DNA of 64,000 nucleotides from an uncultured bacterium (GTDB lineage Bacteria; Chlamydiota; Chlamydiia; Chlamydiales; 2-12-FULL-49-11): NCBI GenBank assembly GCA_964350315.1, contig CAYGJD010000003.1, positions 15,187 to 79,186 of the forward strand, read 5' to 3'. Shown piece by piece: positions 62,213 to 64,000 of this stretch (position 1 is its first letter; each line of letters starts with the position of its first letter). The notes under the pieces were generated by a model. It saw only the letters and a program-made list of their open reading frames with translations, ran no database searches and was not told where the DNA came from. The position numbers and the translations under genes were made by a program.

Positions 62213-62805
62213 TTTATGAAACAATGCGTGGCAAAATCACTGCACTGAATCCTGATTATGCAGTATTAGAAGTCAACGGAATCGGATATAAGATTTTCAT
62301 TCCCATCAACCTATTCACTAAAGGGATGAAAATTAATGCAGAAATGCTTTTGTACATTTCACATATTGTTCGAGAAGATTCAGAAAAGCTGTTTGGTTTT
62401 GCAACTCTTGAAGAGAGAAATTTTTTCGAAAAACTCTGCTCAATCTCAGGTGTTGGAGCTAAAACAGCACTTGCTATGATAGGACACATGGGAAATGCCG
62501 AACTTAGATCTGCGATTGAAATGGGGAACGCAACTCTCTTATCGCGGATTCCAGGAATTGGCAAAAAAACTGCCGAACGCATCATTGTTGATCTATCAGA
62601 TTCTATGCATAAATGGCGCCTTGAGCAAGGGACAAAAGGGATAAAAACTTCTTCGAATGTTGCTATCGACGCCTTACAGGCACTAATTAATCTTGGCTAT
62701 AACAGAGGGCAGGCTCAAAAGGCTGTCTCATCTGTTTTAGAAGAAGCTGGAGATGAACCTCCTCCTCTTTCAAATATTATTACAAAAGCCCTTAAGCTGG
62801 TTTAA
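62209..62805 (+). CDS. ruvA: Holliday junction DNA helicase subunit RuvA
   Basis: 198 aa. It has an OB-fold N-terminus, the HhH motifs ISGVGAKTALAMI and IPGIGKKTAERII, and overlaps ruvC by 4 nt. Confidence 0.9.
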   Translation: MIYETMRGKITALNPDYAVLEVNGIGYKIFIPINLFTKGMKINAEMLLYISHIVREDSEKLFGFATLEERNFFEKLCSISGVGAKTALAMIGHMGNAELRSAIEMGNATLLSRIPGIGKKTAERIIVDLSDSMHKWRLEQGTKGIKTSSNVAIDALQALINLGYNRGQAQKAVSSVLEEAGDEPPPLSNIITKALKLV

Positions 62806-62833
62806 TACTCAGCTTTTTGGTAAGATCCTTGGC

Positions 62834-64000
62834 ATGGAAGATACAATCTCAGCTATATGTACGCCGCCAGGAGAGGGAGGCCTTGCCGTTCTTAGGATTT
62901 CTGGTCCTCGGGCTCTCATCATTGCAAATCAAATTTTTACTGGAAACGTCCCAAGCTACAAGTCACATACAGCACATCTTGGAAAAATAACTGATCTTGA
63001 TGGAACCATTATCGATGAAGTTTTACTCCTTGTGATGCATAAAGGTCGTTCTTACACAGGCGATGACACAGTAGAAATCATGTGTCACGGTTCTCCTCTT
63101 ATAGCACAAAAAATTTTAGCCCGAACATTCAAAGAAGGCGCAATTGCAGCTGGCCCCGGCGCTTTTACTGCACGATCTTTCCAAAATGGTCTGATCGATC
63201 TTGCTCAAGCTGAAGCTGTCCAATCCCTCATAGCCGCAAAAAATGAATCTGCCCTTCGCGCAGCCAGTGATCAACTTGAAGGACGCCTTTCGATTGTCAT
63301 CACCGATCTTCAAAAGTGCGTTTGCGATGTAACTGCTATCATTGAGGCGTGGGTTGACTATCCTGAGGAAGGGCTTGAATTTGCCACTAAAGATGAAATC
63401 ATCGAAATGATTGATGGCATCCTAGAAAAGGGAAACAAACTTAAATCCTCATTTTACGATGGGAAAAGACTTCTGAATGGAATATCTATTTGTCTCATTG
63501 GCCCGCCAAATGCAGGAAAATCATCTCTTATGAATCTTCTTTTGGGACACGATCGAGCAATCGTTACAGATGTTGCTGGAACTACACGTGATCTTTTAAC
63601 TGAAGAACTGCGCCTTGGAGGACAAGCAATACGCCTTGTTGACACAGCAGGACTTCGTGAAACAGATGAGGTAATTGAGAAAGAAGGGATCAAAAGAGCG
63701 AGGAATATTGCAAGCGAAGCTGAAATTGTAATCACTCTTTATGACAGCACTAACCCAACTGAAATTCTTGATTATAACGATGCCATTATCTGTTGGAATA
63801 AAACTGATTTGCCACACGCTCCTCATCCATTTCAAGGAATCTCTATTTCTTGTGCAAATGGCACTGGAATCGATCTTTTAAAAGATGCTATCGAAAAGAA
63901 AATCTCTTCACTTACAACAAGAAAAGATGATGATGTCATCCTCACGCAAGAGCGTCACTTTGCAGACCTTTGTGAAACTATGGAAATGCTTACAGCCGCA
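62834..64000 (+). CDS. mnmE: tRNA modification GTPase MnmE (TrmE), N-terminal ~389 codons; runs off the window end
   Basis: Absent from the ORF track because it is open to the window edge. My translation from ATG 62834 reads MEDTISAICTPPGEGGLAVLRISG. It contains the G-domain motifs GPPNAGKSSLMN, TDVAGTTRD and VDTAGLRE. Confidence 0.9.
   Translation, partial: MEDTISAICTPPGEGGLAVLRISGPRALIIANQIFTGNVPSYKSHTAHLGKITDLDGTIIDEVLLLVMHKGRSYTGDDTVEIMCHGSPLIAQKILARTFKEGAIAAGPGAFTARSFQNGLIDLAQAEAVQSLIAAKNESALRAASDQLEGRLSIVITDLQKCVCDVTAIIEAWVDYPEEGLEFATKDEIIEMIDGILEKGNKLKSSFYDGKRLLNGISICLIGPPNAGKSSLMNLLLGHDRAIVTDVAGTTRDLLTEELRLGGQAIRLVDTAGLRETDEVIEKEGIKRARNIASEAEIVITLYDSTNPTEILDYNDAIICWNKTDLPHAPHPFQGISISCANGTGIDLLKDAIEKKISSLTTRKDDDVILTQERHFADLCETMEMLTAA

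Noticed and set aside
1-64000. Searched for rRNA genes, CRISPR arrays, transposases, integrases, phage modules and known defence-system genes
   Set aside because: None could be supported from the ORF translations or repeat structure. The only mobile-element signal is the non-autonomous 160-bp element.

Overview
This 64 kb chromosomal segment reads like an environmental, amoeba-associated member of the Chlamydiota. That lineage call is an inference from gene content and order. The supporting features are a partial type III secretion block sctJ-ORF-sctL-sctR-sctS-sctT in the Chlamydia cdsJ..cdsT order, a chromosomal ParA plus pGP6-D-like pair, an unusually long PBP2, a McsA/McsB pair, and MOMP-like beta-barrel genes. 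Housekeeping content includes glgP (partial), sufBCDS, kdsB-rfbB-rfbD-rfbC, pgeF, ispD, tdk, an MFS transporter and tRNA-Gly / rpsB-tsf-pyrH-frr / tRNA-Glu / tRNA-Lys. It also includes pbp2, an EEP-family nuclease/phosphatase, nnr, gpsA, ruvC-ruvA and mnmE (partial). I saw no rRNA, CRISPR array, transposase, integrase or phage genes. The accessory regions most worth follow-up are these. (1) Three tandem paralogues (26.5-32.7 kb) share a near-invariant 45-residue N-terminal module and are candidate T3SS effectors. (2) A six-gene block of orphan small proteins (54.8-58.1 kb) has hairpin-punctuated spacers and an identical 60-nt leader used twice. (3) A + strand surface/secreted block (41.1-46.5 kb) encodes a pentapeptide-repeat protein, a papain-like protease with a very large insert, a MOMP-like porin and an 8-repeat secreted protein. 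(4) Two proline-rich proteins with a shared C-terminal membrane anchor lie next to the T3SS operon. (5) A 160-bp palindromic MITE-like element is present twice, each copy with flanking direct duplications. (6) Four unannotated 28-38 codon membrane-peptide ORFs lie downstream of sufS. (7) A small Lys-rich zinc-ribbon gene has its SD-ATG out of frame across an A-rich tract. All functional calls rest on motifs I could read by eye; no database search was run.
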